DNA from: an uncultured Chloroflexia bacterium | GTDB lineage: Bacteria > Chloroflexota > Anaerolineae > Anaerolineales > Anaerolineaceae | NCBI GenBank assembly: GCA_963704755.1 | Contig: OY969938.1 | Location: forward strand, 2,250,001 to 2,282,000 | Direction of reading: 5' to 3' | DNA: 32,000 nucleotides | Shown here: positions 17,180 to 26,718 of the stretch, piece by piece | Numbering within the stretch: position 1 is the stretch's first letter | How the letters are laid out: every line of letters starts with the position of its first letter | Position numbers and translations under genes: made by a program | The notes under the pieces: model-generated | What the model was told of the DNA's origin: nothing | What the model saw: only the letters and a program-made list of their open reading frames with translations | Database searches by the model: none

Positions 17180-18053
17180 TTCCCGGTTTAACTACGAGCA
17201 AGCCCAACAGCACTGCATCGCCGGCCAGGCGGATCCACAGGGCCGGTTGCAGGTAAGTCAGCCCAAATAGCCAGACGATGGACAGCACAACGGTTACAAA
17301 CGGCAGCAGCCAGCTCCGCCGGCGCAGATAGGCCACCGCCGCCGCGATTCCGCAGCCCAGGGCGGCCAGCCATAAGACGATCTCGGCCGGCTGGACCCAG
17401 GCGGCCTCATGGCCCCCCTCTGCGCGTAGTTTGATACCTTCCATCATCTTGCGCTCCATTACAAAACCGGTCAGCGAAATGAGCGGACTGGCCCCGGCAG
17501 GCATACCTGAGCCATTAATATTGACATCCCCGGCGCGAATGCGGGTAAACAGTCGTGTTTGGCCATTTTCAAGGGGTGAGAGCGCCCAGATCCAGGTCAG
17601 GTTCATTTTCATCAAGTCCGAATCACCCTGGGCCAGCAAATATGCGTCTTTTTCAGCCTCGGCCACCTGCATGTAATCAAAGATCATGCCATCCCCTGGC
17701 TGGGGATCCTGGAATTGGGGCAAGATTTGATCCGCATTGACGTACAGGCGTTTCCCCGCGATCAGGTTCTCGATGAAGGTGTAGCTGTAAAATCCACCCC
17801 GGTCATCCCCGATCTGCGCGACCCATGGCCAGACCTGATCGACCGGCGCGTCGATGGTAATGGCCTGGTCCCAGGAAAATCCCACGTCCTGGACGACCTT
17901 ATCGCCCGGCAGGGATTGGGCCACCTCGGCCGGTGTAGCTCCCCAGGTTGGAATCCAACTCACTACATCATAGAAACCGGCCACTAAAAGCACAAGGACT
18001 ACCCCCAGCCCGGCCAACAGGCGCGTCGTTCGTGTTTGTTTATCCATTTTCAT
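17169..18053 (-). CDS. Membrane-anchored SRPBCC (START/polyketide-cyclase-like) family protein
   Basis: 294 aa. There is an N-terminal TM segment (LLAGLGVVLVLLVAGF) and a soluble core with DAPVDQVWPWVAQIG...GGFYSY, typical of SRPBCC folds. C-terminal hydrophobic helices follow. The family call is from motif memory only. Confidence 0.6.
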   Translation of the reverse strand: MKMDKQTRTTRLLAGLGVVLVLLVAGFYDVVSWIPTWGATPAEVAQSLPGDKVVQDVGFSWDQAITIDAPVDQVWPWVAQIGDDRGGFYSYTFIENLIAGKRLYVNADQILPQFQDPQPGDGMIFDYMQVAEAEKDAYLLAQGDSDLMKMNLTWIWALSPLENGQTRLFTRIRAGDVNINGSGMPAGASPLISLTGFVMERKMMEGIKLRAEGGHEAAWVQPAEIVLWLAALGCGIAAAVAYLRRRSWLLPFVTVVLSIVWLFGLTYLQPALWIRLAGDAVLLGLLVVKPGRKN

Positions 18054-18158
18054 ATCTCCCCGAAGGTTATATTGGGATGTGATAGCAATGTTTTGCAGGT
18101 CAAATCAATATACGCAAGATTTTGTCGATTGTTTCTTGGGAGCAATAATTGTTTTGTG

Positions 18159-18214
18159 GTCGCGGGTAGCGGGTAGCTTTTAGCGGTTAGCGGTTGGCTT
18201 TTGGCGGTTAGCCG
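18159..18214 (+). repeat. Heptanucleotide tandem tract (GTTAGCG type), 8 units
   Basis: ggtcgcg ggtagcg ggtagct tttagcg gttagcg gttggct tttggcg gttagcc. Confidence 0.8.
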
Positions 18215-18320
18215 GGTGATCAGCTATTTACACCGTCCTAAAAATCATCGATTTAGAACGGCTTCGGCCGAGGATTGCGCGGGACCGGGCCGCTCTGCTA
18301 TAGGTTATCATCCTTCCGAC

Positions 18321-18377
18321 CCAAATTTTCTTTTCTTTCTTTTCTCCGTGTCCTCTGTGGATCCGTGGTTAGTTTTC
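18321..18377 (+). repeat. CCGTGG-type element
   Basis: ttttctccgtgtcctctgtggatccgtggttagttttc. Confidence 0.8.
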
Positions 18378-18402
18378 ACTTTTATTCGTAAAGGCCGCCT
18401 TC

Positions 18403-18490
18403 TAAGGTGCGTTCCGGGCACACCAGGGTGGGCCAGTGGTCCAGTGATTCAACGATGCTCTGGATGTCAGCCCTCAAACGCACCCTACGA
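18403..18490 (-). repeat. Variant GTAGGGTG hairpin element (GGTGCGT/ACGCACC stem) in minus orientation
   Basis: The minus strand reads cgtagggtgcgtttgagggc...gcccggaacgcacc. The stem G-to-C change is matched by a C-to-G change in the partner arm. Confidence 0.7.
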
Positions 18491-18501
18491 CGGCGCTCTT
18501 T

Positions 18502-18549
18502 CTAAAATTCTTCTCCGTGTCCTCTGTGCCTCCGTGGTTAATTCTTTTC
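18502..18549 (+). repeat. CCGTGG-type element
   Basis: ctaaaattcttctccgtgtcctctgtgcctccgtggttaattcttttc. It is a direct repeat of 18321..18377, and together they flank the 18403..18490 element. Confidence 0.8.
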
Positions 18550-18640
18550 TATTGCCCATGCTTCGCAGGCCGGGCTGCGCAAATGCCTTTGCTCTTTTCG
18601 TGTTAAAATGAACCAAATTCTCAGCCCTTCCAGAAGGTAA

Positions 18641-19922
<1,282 letters not shown>

Positions 19923-20850
19923 GTAGCCGGCGACCAAGGTCGCGGCTGCAAAAACACAAAGCCCGGCGAAGGCCGGGCTCAGGGTAGGCAGCTCGGGTTT
20001 CCAACCCGAGGAATGCGCCAGCCAAACAGAGTAACACTCATGGAAGCGCCCCATGCCGAAAAGGAGACCCACGCAGGTGGGTCTTCGTGTATTCGTAGGT
20101 GCAGCTTAAGCTGCTACGGCCCTGGGCAGAGAAGACGGTCTTGCTACCCCCCGGCTTTGAAAGCCGGGCTACGGGGGCGATTGGCTCCCGGCGACCGGGA
20201 CCGCGCCGGGCTCAGGGTAGGGCAGCTCGGGTTTCCAACCCGAGGGAATACGCCGGCCAAACAGATTAATGGTTATGGGAACGCCCCATGCCGAAAAGGA
20301 GACCCACGCAGGTGGGTCTTTGCGTATTCGTAGGTGCAGCTTGAGCTGCCACGGGCCTGGTCAGGGGTATCGACCGTGCTACCCCCCGGCTTTGAAAGCC
20401 GGGCTACGGGGAAGAATGGTTCTCGGCGACCGGGACCGCGCCGGGCTCAGGGTAGGGTAGCTCGGGTTTCCAACCCGAGGGAATGCGCCAGCCAAACAGA
20501 GTAACACTCATGGGAGCGCCCCATGCCGAAAAGGAGACCCACGCAGGTGGGTCTTCGTGTATTCGTAGGTGCAGCTTGAGCTGCCACGGGCCTGGTCAGG
20601 GGCGTCGCCCGTGCTACCCCCCGGCTTTGAAAGCCGGGCTACAGGGAAGAATGGTTCTCGGCGACCGGGACCGCGCCGGGCTCAGGGTAGGGTAGCTCGG
20701 GTTTCCAACCCGAGGAATGCGCCAGCCAAACAGAGTAACACTCATGGAAGCGCCCCATGCCGAAAAGGAGACCCACGCAGGTGGGTCTTCGTGTATTCGT
20801 AGGTGCAGCTTGAGCTGCTACGGCCTTGGGCAGAGAAGACGGTCTTGCTA
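19923..20850 (+). repeat. Mosaic multi-hairpin repeat array, 4 units with a 234-235 bp period, between convergent tyrS and the membrane-protein gene
   Basis: ctcgggtttccaacccgag occurs at 19992, 20226, 20461 and 20696. Each copy is followed 72-73 nt later by gagacccacgcaggtgggtct. After that come gtaggtgcagcttRagctgcYac, ctaccccccggctttgaaagccgggctac and gcgaccgggaccgcgccgggct. Confidence 0.95.
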
Positions 20851-20869
20851 CTGCCTCAGCCTGCCCCTC

Positions 20870-22861
20870 TTATTGCCCGCAGGCGGAAATATCGTACAGC
20901 CGGCGAAAATCGTCCTTATATTTGGCATCCACTTCGTCCAGTAGCTTAACACAGGGTCGCTCGAACTGCGAGCGCACAGCCGAGTCGAGCCGGTCCCAGG
21001 TGTTCCGGTCCAGGTAAACATAGGCATAGCCCGCCCCGAGTAAATCAGTAAAGCCCGGCGTTTCGGTCAGCGCCTTCCATTCCGGCTTGAGCGTGTACCA
21101 GGTGGAGGAAGAATTCACCGCCCGGCCGAAGACCACCACGCTGCGGTTGGGGTTCCAATCGAAGACCATCGCATCCTTGGGCAGCCTGTTCCAGTATTTT
21201 TGCATCACCTGGGCATCCAGGGTGGTTAGGTAATCCAACTCGACCGGTTTTTGAATGGCCATAAGGTCCACCCCCAGGATGATAAATCCGGCAAACATAG
21301 CCACAAATGCCAGGCTGAGTTTCAGACCGCTGAGCTTTTTCAGGATAACCCAACCCAGCGGAATGGCATACAGCCGGGCCAGGCCCATGAAGTCGAACAG
21401 GCGGGAGGTATTAGCCACGCCGGTCACCCCGCTAAAGCGGACGAACAGCATCCCAAAAGAGAGAAACCCGGCCAGCACGTAGGCGGCTTCGAACCAGCGG
21501 CCGCTGCGGTAGGCCTTGATTCCCCAAACCGCCAGGAAAGGCAGCACCAGGACCAGCGGCCCGACTTCCGCCAGGGCCACGATCAACTGGCGTACATTAA
21601 TGAGCGACAACACCCCTAATTGCTGGGAAACGATGGCCGGTATCCAGGAAACCGTAAACTGGATGGTCTGGTACGAGGTTGGCGTGTTGTGGTAAATAAT
21701 CCTTTGAAAAATGCCGGTGAGTGTGTCTGTCCAGGCCCCGCCCTGGATCAACGCCAGGAGCGTGCCCAGGCCGGTCACCCACAGCCAGTTGCGCAGGGTC
21801 CTGGGCAAATGCAGGCTCTTGTGGCGGACGACGTAGAGCAAGGTAATCAGCGCCCAGGCCGCCAGAAATAACGCCACCGCCAATTCATAGATCAAACCGG
21901 TGGCCGCGATCAAAAGGACCGAGATGGCGCCGCCCAGCCAGCCGCGCCAGCGGTTGAAGGTCAACAGCAGCACAATAGGGATGCAGGTGGCCATTAACCC
22001 GGTGATATTGAACATATCCATCACCCCAGGCTGAATCACACCGTTGATAAACGCGAACGGGAAGGCCATTGGGCCGCCCAGGGAAGCCCAGGAATGCAGC
22101 AGGGCGTCGGCCAGGTTGGCGCCCGAAGCCTGGCCGGAGCCCAGCATTTGCACCGGTCCGGAGAGCCAGTTGAGCGCCTGGGGCGGCAAGAGTAATAACA
22201 GCCAGCGGGCGCCGCTGCCGAAAGCGGCCATGGCGCCGCCCAACAGCCCGGCCAGGCGGTTGCCGGTCACCCGCCGGGCGAACAACGCCGCCAGCAAGAT
22301 CGCCAGGGAAAAAGACAGCGCTCGAGCCAGGTCCAATGCCGTCCATATATACAAATTACCCAGGCGGACGATTTGGGCCGCGAACAGCGTTAAAGAATCG
22401 TGATACCCGTAAGCCACACTGGGATCCAGGCTGAAGACCGGCGGGATACTCCCGGCCGCCATCATCGAGGTGGTCGGCAGGTGGGCGTAATCGTCGTTGA
22501 TGGGCATCCCCCGGCCGATCTGGAAGGAAATCCATAGGATGGCCAGGAAAACCAGGAGCTGGAGCGGCTGGATGGGGATGTCCAGGGCGGAGCGCCAGCC
22601 GGAACGCATCACCAAAACGAAGCCCAGCGCCAGAACCAGCAGCGCCGCTGCCCAGGCGGCCTGGTTGACCGGCAGGATGCGTGCCAGCCAGTTGGCCAGC
22701 ACGTTTTCCATCACCATGCCGACCAGCAACCCAACCATCACTTGCTCGTGTTTGGCTAAGCGCAAAGCTGCTTTCACCAGCCAGATCCCGCCCAGGCCCC
22801 AGGCCAAGGCCCAGATGAGCAGGAATAGAATGCCGGCAGGATTTTGGGAAATATCTTGCAT
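20870..22861 (-). CDS. Large polytopic integral membrane protein with a C-terminal soluble domain. Function unknown; possibly a GT-C-like glycosyltransferase.
   Basis: 663-aa ORF that is hydrophobic throughout the first ~530 aa (more than 12 candidate TM helices). It has an early-loop acidic motif (PINDDYAH) and a polar ~130-aa C-terminus. The functional guess is weak. Confidence 0.6.
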   Translation of the reverse strand: MQDISQNPAGILFLLIWALAWGLGGIWLVKAALRLAKHEQVMVGLLVGMVMENVLANWLARILPVNQAAWAAALLVLALGFVLVMRSGWRSALDIPIQPLQLLVFLAILWISFQIGRGMPINDDYAHLPTTSMMAAGSIPPVFSLDPSVAYGYHDSLTLFAAQIVRLGNLYIWTALDLARALSFSLAILLAALFARRVTGNRLAGLLGGAMAAFGSGARWLLLLLPPQALNWLSGPVQMLGSGQASGANLADALLHSWASLGGPMAFPFAFINGVIQPGVMDMFNITGLMATCIPIVLLLTFNRWRGWLGGAISVLLIAATGLIYELAVALFLAAWALITLLYVVRHKSLHLPRTLRNWLWVTGLGTLLALIQGGAWTDTLTGIFQRIIYHNTPTSYQTIQFTVSWIPAIVSQQLGVLSLINVRQLIVALAEVGPLVLVLPFLAVWGIKAYRSGRWFEAAYVLAGFLSFGMLFVRFSGVTGVANTSRLFDFMGLARLYAIPLGWVILKKLSGLKLSLAFVAMFAGFIILGVDLMAIQKPVELDYLTTLDAQVMQKYWNRLPKDAMVFDWNPNRSVVVFGRAVNSSSTWYTLKPEWKALTETPGFTDLLGAGYAYVYLDRNTWDRLDSAVRSQFERPCVKLLDEVDAKYKDDFRRLYDISACGQ

Positions 22862-22893
22862 GATTACCCCATGGTTACTACGCTTGCTTGCGC

Positions 22894-22962
22894 AAGAAGA
22901 CCCCGAACTTGAGATATTTGCGGAGGTGAGGCCTGCGCAATTATCTCGAATTCGGGGTTCTT
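22894..22962 (-). repeat. Imperfect ~27-bp-stem hairpin between the PP2C gene and the membrane-protein gene
   Basis: aagaagaccccgaacttgagatatttgcg pairs with cgcaattatctcgaattcggggttctt. The loop is gaggtgaggcctg. Confidence 0.6.
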
Positions 22963-22995
22963 AATCCTCAGATTGAACGATTATATATTTTATCC

Positions 22996-24135
22996 CTAAG
23001 GCGTGTTGGTTGGCCAGGGGGTGAGGGTAACTCCGCTTGGGCCGGTCGGTAGAGCCGTAAACACAGACGTGATTATCTGGACCGGCGGTGGGGTCGCGCT
23101 GAGGAACCCTGGCGCCGCGGTTTGGCTCTCACCGGGCCTGGCTGCCGGCCGGGTGGAGATATTTTTCGGGCCCAGGCTGGGTGTGGCCACGACCGAGACG
23201 TCTGGCTGCCAGTTGGTCACGCCCCAAATAACCAGTCCGGTCAGGGCGACCACGATCAACAAGGCCAGGCAGCCGGTGACCACCGTCCGGGAGCGGTTTG
23301 GGCGCGGGGTAATCGTAACCGGCTCACCTGCCGCTTGCAGGGCAATGACGGTGATATTATCGTGGCCGCCGCGCTGGTTGGCCAGGTCGATCATGCTGCG
23401 GGCGGCCGTATCACAGTCGCTATCGATAAACGCACGGGCGATCTCCTCGTCGGTGACCAGGTCGGTCAGCCCGTCGGTCGTCAACAGAAGAATATCCCCC
23501 TTTTCCAATTCGACGCCCTGGTTGGCTATGGCCTGCTCGTCATTTTCACTCGCGTCCAGCCGCAACCGAATATCGGCCAGGGGCGGGTAAGGCGAGCCGA
23601 GGAACTGGCGAATGACGTGCGCATTGGGGTGCCCGCGGACTTCATCGGCATGGATAATCCCCCTGGCCAAGGCTTCCTGGATCCAGGTATGGTCGGTGGT
23701 GAGCTGGTGCAGGTACCCGTCCCGCAGCAGGTAGATGCGCAAATCGCCCACGCTGGCGGTATACAAGTGATTGCCCACGACGTAAACACAGGCGCAGGTA
23801 GCTCCCATACCCTCCTGGGCGCGGTTATTACGGGCCTGTTCGCTTATCGTCTGGCTGGCCACCCGGATCGCGGCCTGCAATAAATGGGTTGGCTCGACCC
23901 GATCTCCGTTTTCGGCCACGTATGCGCTGATTTTGTTGACGGCCAACTCCGCCGCCACTTCTCCGGCGCGGTGTCCGCCGATCCCATCCGAAATGACTGC
24001 CAGCAACACCGGGGTCTGGCGACCGTCTTCCTTCAAAAAAGCGGTCACTCCCAGGCGGTCTTCGTTGTTCTTTCCGCGCATGCCGGGATGGGTAAACGCA
24101 TGCACCGGCAGGTGCGATTGTTGGATACGCTTCAT
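22996..24135 (-). CDS. PP2C-family Ser/Thr protein phosphatase with a C-terminal TM segment and a Pro-rich tail
   Basis: Motifs are GMRGKNNEDR, VISDGIGGHRAGE, LLLTTDGLTD and GGHDNITVIA. The TM segment is VVTGCLALLIVVALTGLVIWGV. Its ATG overlaps the upstream gene's stop (ATGA at 24132..24135). Confidence 0.9.
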   Translation of the reverse strand: MKRIQQSHLPVHAFTHPGMRGKNNEDRLGVTAFLKEDGRQTPVLLAVISDGIGGHRAGEVAAELAVNKISAYVAENGDRVEPTHLLQAAIRVASQTISEQARNNRAQEGMGATCACVYVVGNHLYTASVGDLRIYLLRDGYLHQLTTDHTWIQEALARGIIHADEVRGHPNAHVIRQFLGSPYPPLADIRLRLDASENDEQAIANQGVELEKGDILLLTTDGLTDLVTDEEIARAFIDSDCDTAARSMIDLANQRGGHDNITVIALQAAGEPVTITPRPNRSRTVVTGCLALLIVVALTGLVIWGVTNWQPDVSVVATPSLGPKNISTRPAARPGESQTAAPGFLSATPPPVQIITSVFTALPTGPSGVTLTPWPTNTP

Positions 24136-26090
24136 ACCTGTCTCTTGGATGAACCGGCCGACGAATGATAATCCTCAGGCGGATTGGCCAACTCGAAGCG
24201 GAAAGCGGCCCGACCTAAATGGATCAGGTCGCCATGGCGCAGCACCAGGCCGGTAGCCGGCACCGGCGCATAATTAACCCAGGTCCCCGCCACCGACCCG
24301 GCGTCGAAGATCTGGAAGTTGCCCTCGGGCGTTTGTACGATGCGGGCGTGCAGCCCGCTCATCGAGGTGGAATTGACGCTGAAATTGGCCCGCTTGGGGT
24401 CACTCCCCAGGGTGACTTCCCGGCGGATAAGGGGGATCGCGCTGGCCGAGCGGGCGTTGGCGCCGTTCCCGTTATTCCCGGGCTCATTTTCCGGCAGCCG
24501 GACCAGCCAGGCAGGTGCGGCAGCCAACCCGGCGGTAGCGCTGCGCGGCCAGGTTGGGCGTTCAACGTGCGGCACCGTCTGGGCAGAAACACGCGAGCGG
24601 TCTTTACGCACCACGACCGTCTGGGTCAGGGGATCGTTCTTCTTTGTTCCCCGCTCCTGGATCGCTTTACGCAAGCCGTTTCCACCAATGCCCAACACCA
24701 GCAATATCGCCAGCCCGGCCACCAGGATGGCCGCCAGAGCCAGCGGATTATCGCCGGAAAGGGCGGTATCCCACCAATGCGTCGGGCGCGCTTCTACATT
24801 AATCATTATCGGAATCGTGATGCTGGATTGGGTCAGCCCCAACAAATCTTCGATCTCGGTGCGCAGCATGTGCTGTCCACTGGCAGTAATTTTACTCAAA
24901 TCCCAACTGAAAGTGTCGAATGGCTCCTGGGTATTTTCGGCCACCAACGCATCGTCAACATATAACTTGCTGGCACGCAACGGGCGGGTAAACCCGTCCG
25001 GGAATTCGATCATGATATGGATATCGGTGCTCTGGGGCGCCAACACGGCATCCTTTGAATGGGTATCGGGCTGCCAGGTGCGATCGATTTGTGCCTGGGG
25101 AGCCAGGAAAATCGGGTTAGGAGGCAGCACGTTGACCTGGATGTTTTGAGGCACAGAATTGGCCTGGATCTGCGCACTGTTGACCTGCACCTGGACGGTA
25201 TTAGCGTCCGCCGAGGCGATTTTCGAAGGATAACTGGCCTGGTAAAGGTAGCGGTAGGGTTTCAGGTAACCGTCGATGTCCGGCAGGGTCTCGGCCCCCG
25301 AGAACAAGAAGGTTTGCCCGCCGGTTGAACCGGCCAGGTCTTGCAACGCCGATACCAGGTCTGGGCTGGCATTGGCGGCGACCTGAGTACCTACCAGCCA
25401 GACGTCGATGGTCACGTTCTGCTGGCTGGCGCGGGAGGCCAGGTCGCTAATCCCCTGCAAATTATCCGGGGTAAACAGGGGGGTCACGTACAGGATAACC
25501 GATTTCATCACGTTTTGCACGCCGGAATCGGTGGCCAGGTCCACTGCGCTGGTCAATGTGCTGAGGTCAGGGGTCTCATTGTTGTAATCGACCTGGTCCA
25601 ACTCGCCAATGATCTCGGCCCAGTCCTGCGGCTTGGCCGAACGGACCAGGGAAAGGTCGGCGTTGGTCTCTACGCTGAACTGGTCCTGGCTATCTGCCGG
25701 GCGGTTTTGGGTCCAGGCCAGCAACTGCTGGTCGATGTATTGTGATCGGGGAATCCCGCCGTAGCTGCGGCCCAGGTCTGGCCCGGCATTGACCGCCAGG
25801 ATAAACTGCACTCCGGGTTGGAGCTTCGACAACTGATCGACCGGGAGAGTGGTGCCGCCTTCATTGATTTGCACATCGCCCGCGGATAGGTCACTGACAA
25901 AGTTGTTACCGGCATCCAGGGCAGTGAACTGCACTTTTACTTCCGGGAAGGAAGTCGTATCGACGGCTGCAATGGCCACACGGCCGCCATCCTGCGCACT
26001 GGCCGGTGCATTAAATGCAAATAACACTCCCCCAAAAAGGATTAGCCATAGTGTGATGGCGAGCAGCTTAATTCGCCTGTGCTCGATCAT
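24132..26090 (-). CDS. Bitopic membrane protein: extracytoplasmic vWA-like region, one TM, cytoplasmic C-terminal FHA domain
   Basis: The N-terminal signal/anchor is IKLLAITLWLILFGGVLFAF and the TM segment is LALAAILVAGLAILLVLGIGG. The FHA core is VTLGSDPKRANFSVNSTSMSGLHARIV...FDAGSVAGTWVN...GDLIHLG. The vWA assignment for the N-terminal half is tentative. Confidence 0.85.
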   Translation of the reverse strand: MIEHRRIKLLAITLWLILFGGVLFAFNAPASAQDGGRVAIAAVDTTSFPEVKVQFTALDAGNNFVSDLSAGDVQINEGGTTLPVDQLSKLQPGVQFILAVNAGPDLGRSYGGIPRSQYIDQQLLAWTQNRPADSQDQFSVETNADLSLVRSAKPQDWAEIIGELDQVDYNNETPDLSTLTSAVDLATDSGVQNVMKSVILYVTPLFTPDNLQGISDLASRASQQNVTIDVWLVGTQVAANASPDLVSALQDLAGSTGGQTFLFSGAETLPDIDGYLKPYRYLYQASYPSKIASADANTVQVQVNSAQIQANSVPQNIQVNVLPPNPIFLAPQAQIDRTWQPDTHSKDAVLAPQSTDIHIMIEFPDGFTRPLRASKLYVDDALVAENTQEPFDTFSWDLSKITASGQHMLRTEIEDLLGLTQSSITIPIMINVEARPTHWWDTALSGDNPLALAAILVAGLAILLVLGIGGNGLRKAIQERGTKKNDPLTQTVVVRKDRSRVSAQTVPHVERPTWPRSATAGLAAAPAWLVRLPENEPGNNGNGANARSASAIPLIRREVTLGSDPKRANFSVNSTSMSGLHARIVQTPEGNFQIFDAGSVAGTWVNYAPVPATGLVLRHGDLIHLGRAAFRFELANPPEDYHSSAGSSKRQV

Positions 26091-26605
26091 AGCGTCGTGA
26101 TCCTGATTTTACCTTAAACTTCCCGCAGGAAAACCTACGCTTAAACTACTATTTCCCACCGGCGAGGAAGGTTTGGCCGGGGCTGGTCCCAAAATACCTT
26201 TGGGATCGCCTCAATCTCTGTAAATTCGCTCCGGTCGTTTTCAAAACTGGCATAATGAAAATTAAAAAGAAAAAAACCGTAATCCAATTGGCTGGCCTCC
26301 AGGCCAATTCAAGAATCCCACCCCCCTTACGAAGGGGGGCAAGAAAGGGCACATCCCCCCTTGGAGGCTGTGAAGAAATGTGGTTATGCAACGAATTCTC
26401 GGAAATTTGTTATTCCATGGCAACGAATATGGGTCTGGTAGTTCTTCACCGCATCAGCAAGGGGGGACGAAGGGGGGATTCAATGCGCTTGCCTGGATGG
26501 GGCTTCGAAAGTAAATTAACGTGAATTCGGGATAAAAGAAAAGAGAAGTAATTTGGATGGGGGTAGATGCCGGCCTAATACAACAAGAAATGACATTTTC
26601 CAGGC

Positions 26606-26634
26606 TTGACAGCCGCAAGAGGGCTTGCTATCAT
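26606..26634 (+). promoter_or_regulatory. Sigma-70-type promoter candidate for deoC (TTGACA-N17-TATCAT)
   Basis: ttgaca is at 26606..26611 and tatcat is at 26629..26634, separated by a 17-nt spacer. It lies 85 nt upstream of the deoC ATG. Confidence 0.5.
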
Positions 26635-26718
26635 AAAGCGGTAGTCTCGTCATGTGGTCATTACCAGTTATAAATGATCTCACTATGAAACTAACACTGC
26701 TAAGGCGAGGATTAAGTC

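Noticed and set aside
19923-20850. CRISPR array hypothesis for the regularly spaced repeats
   Set aside because: The period is about 235 bp, not 60-75 bp. The segments between the conserved hairpins are themselves repeated between units, so there are no unique spacers. No cas genes are in the window.
20013-20944. ORFs inside the mosaic repeats (20013..20333, 20269..20460, 20483..20695, 20569..20802, 20717..20944, 10040..10384, 10072..10374, 9951..10295, 31317..31895, 31262..31555)
   Set aside because: Their recurring peptides (ETHAGGS, YPPALKAGLR, ARVSNPR, RCSLSC) are simply translations of the hairpin modules. The reading frames differ between units and no RBS is present.
26149-26524. 80-aa (minus) and 89-aa (plus) ORFs in the FHA/deoC intergenic region
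   Set aside because: They overlap each other and consist largely of translated C6/G6 hairpin words (ccccccttacgaagggggg at 26321..26339, ggggggacgaagggggg at 26461..26477). There is no RBS or recognisable motif. The region is more likely non-coding repeat and promoter DNA.
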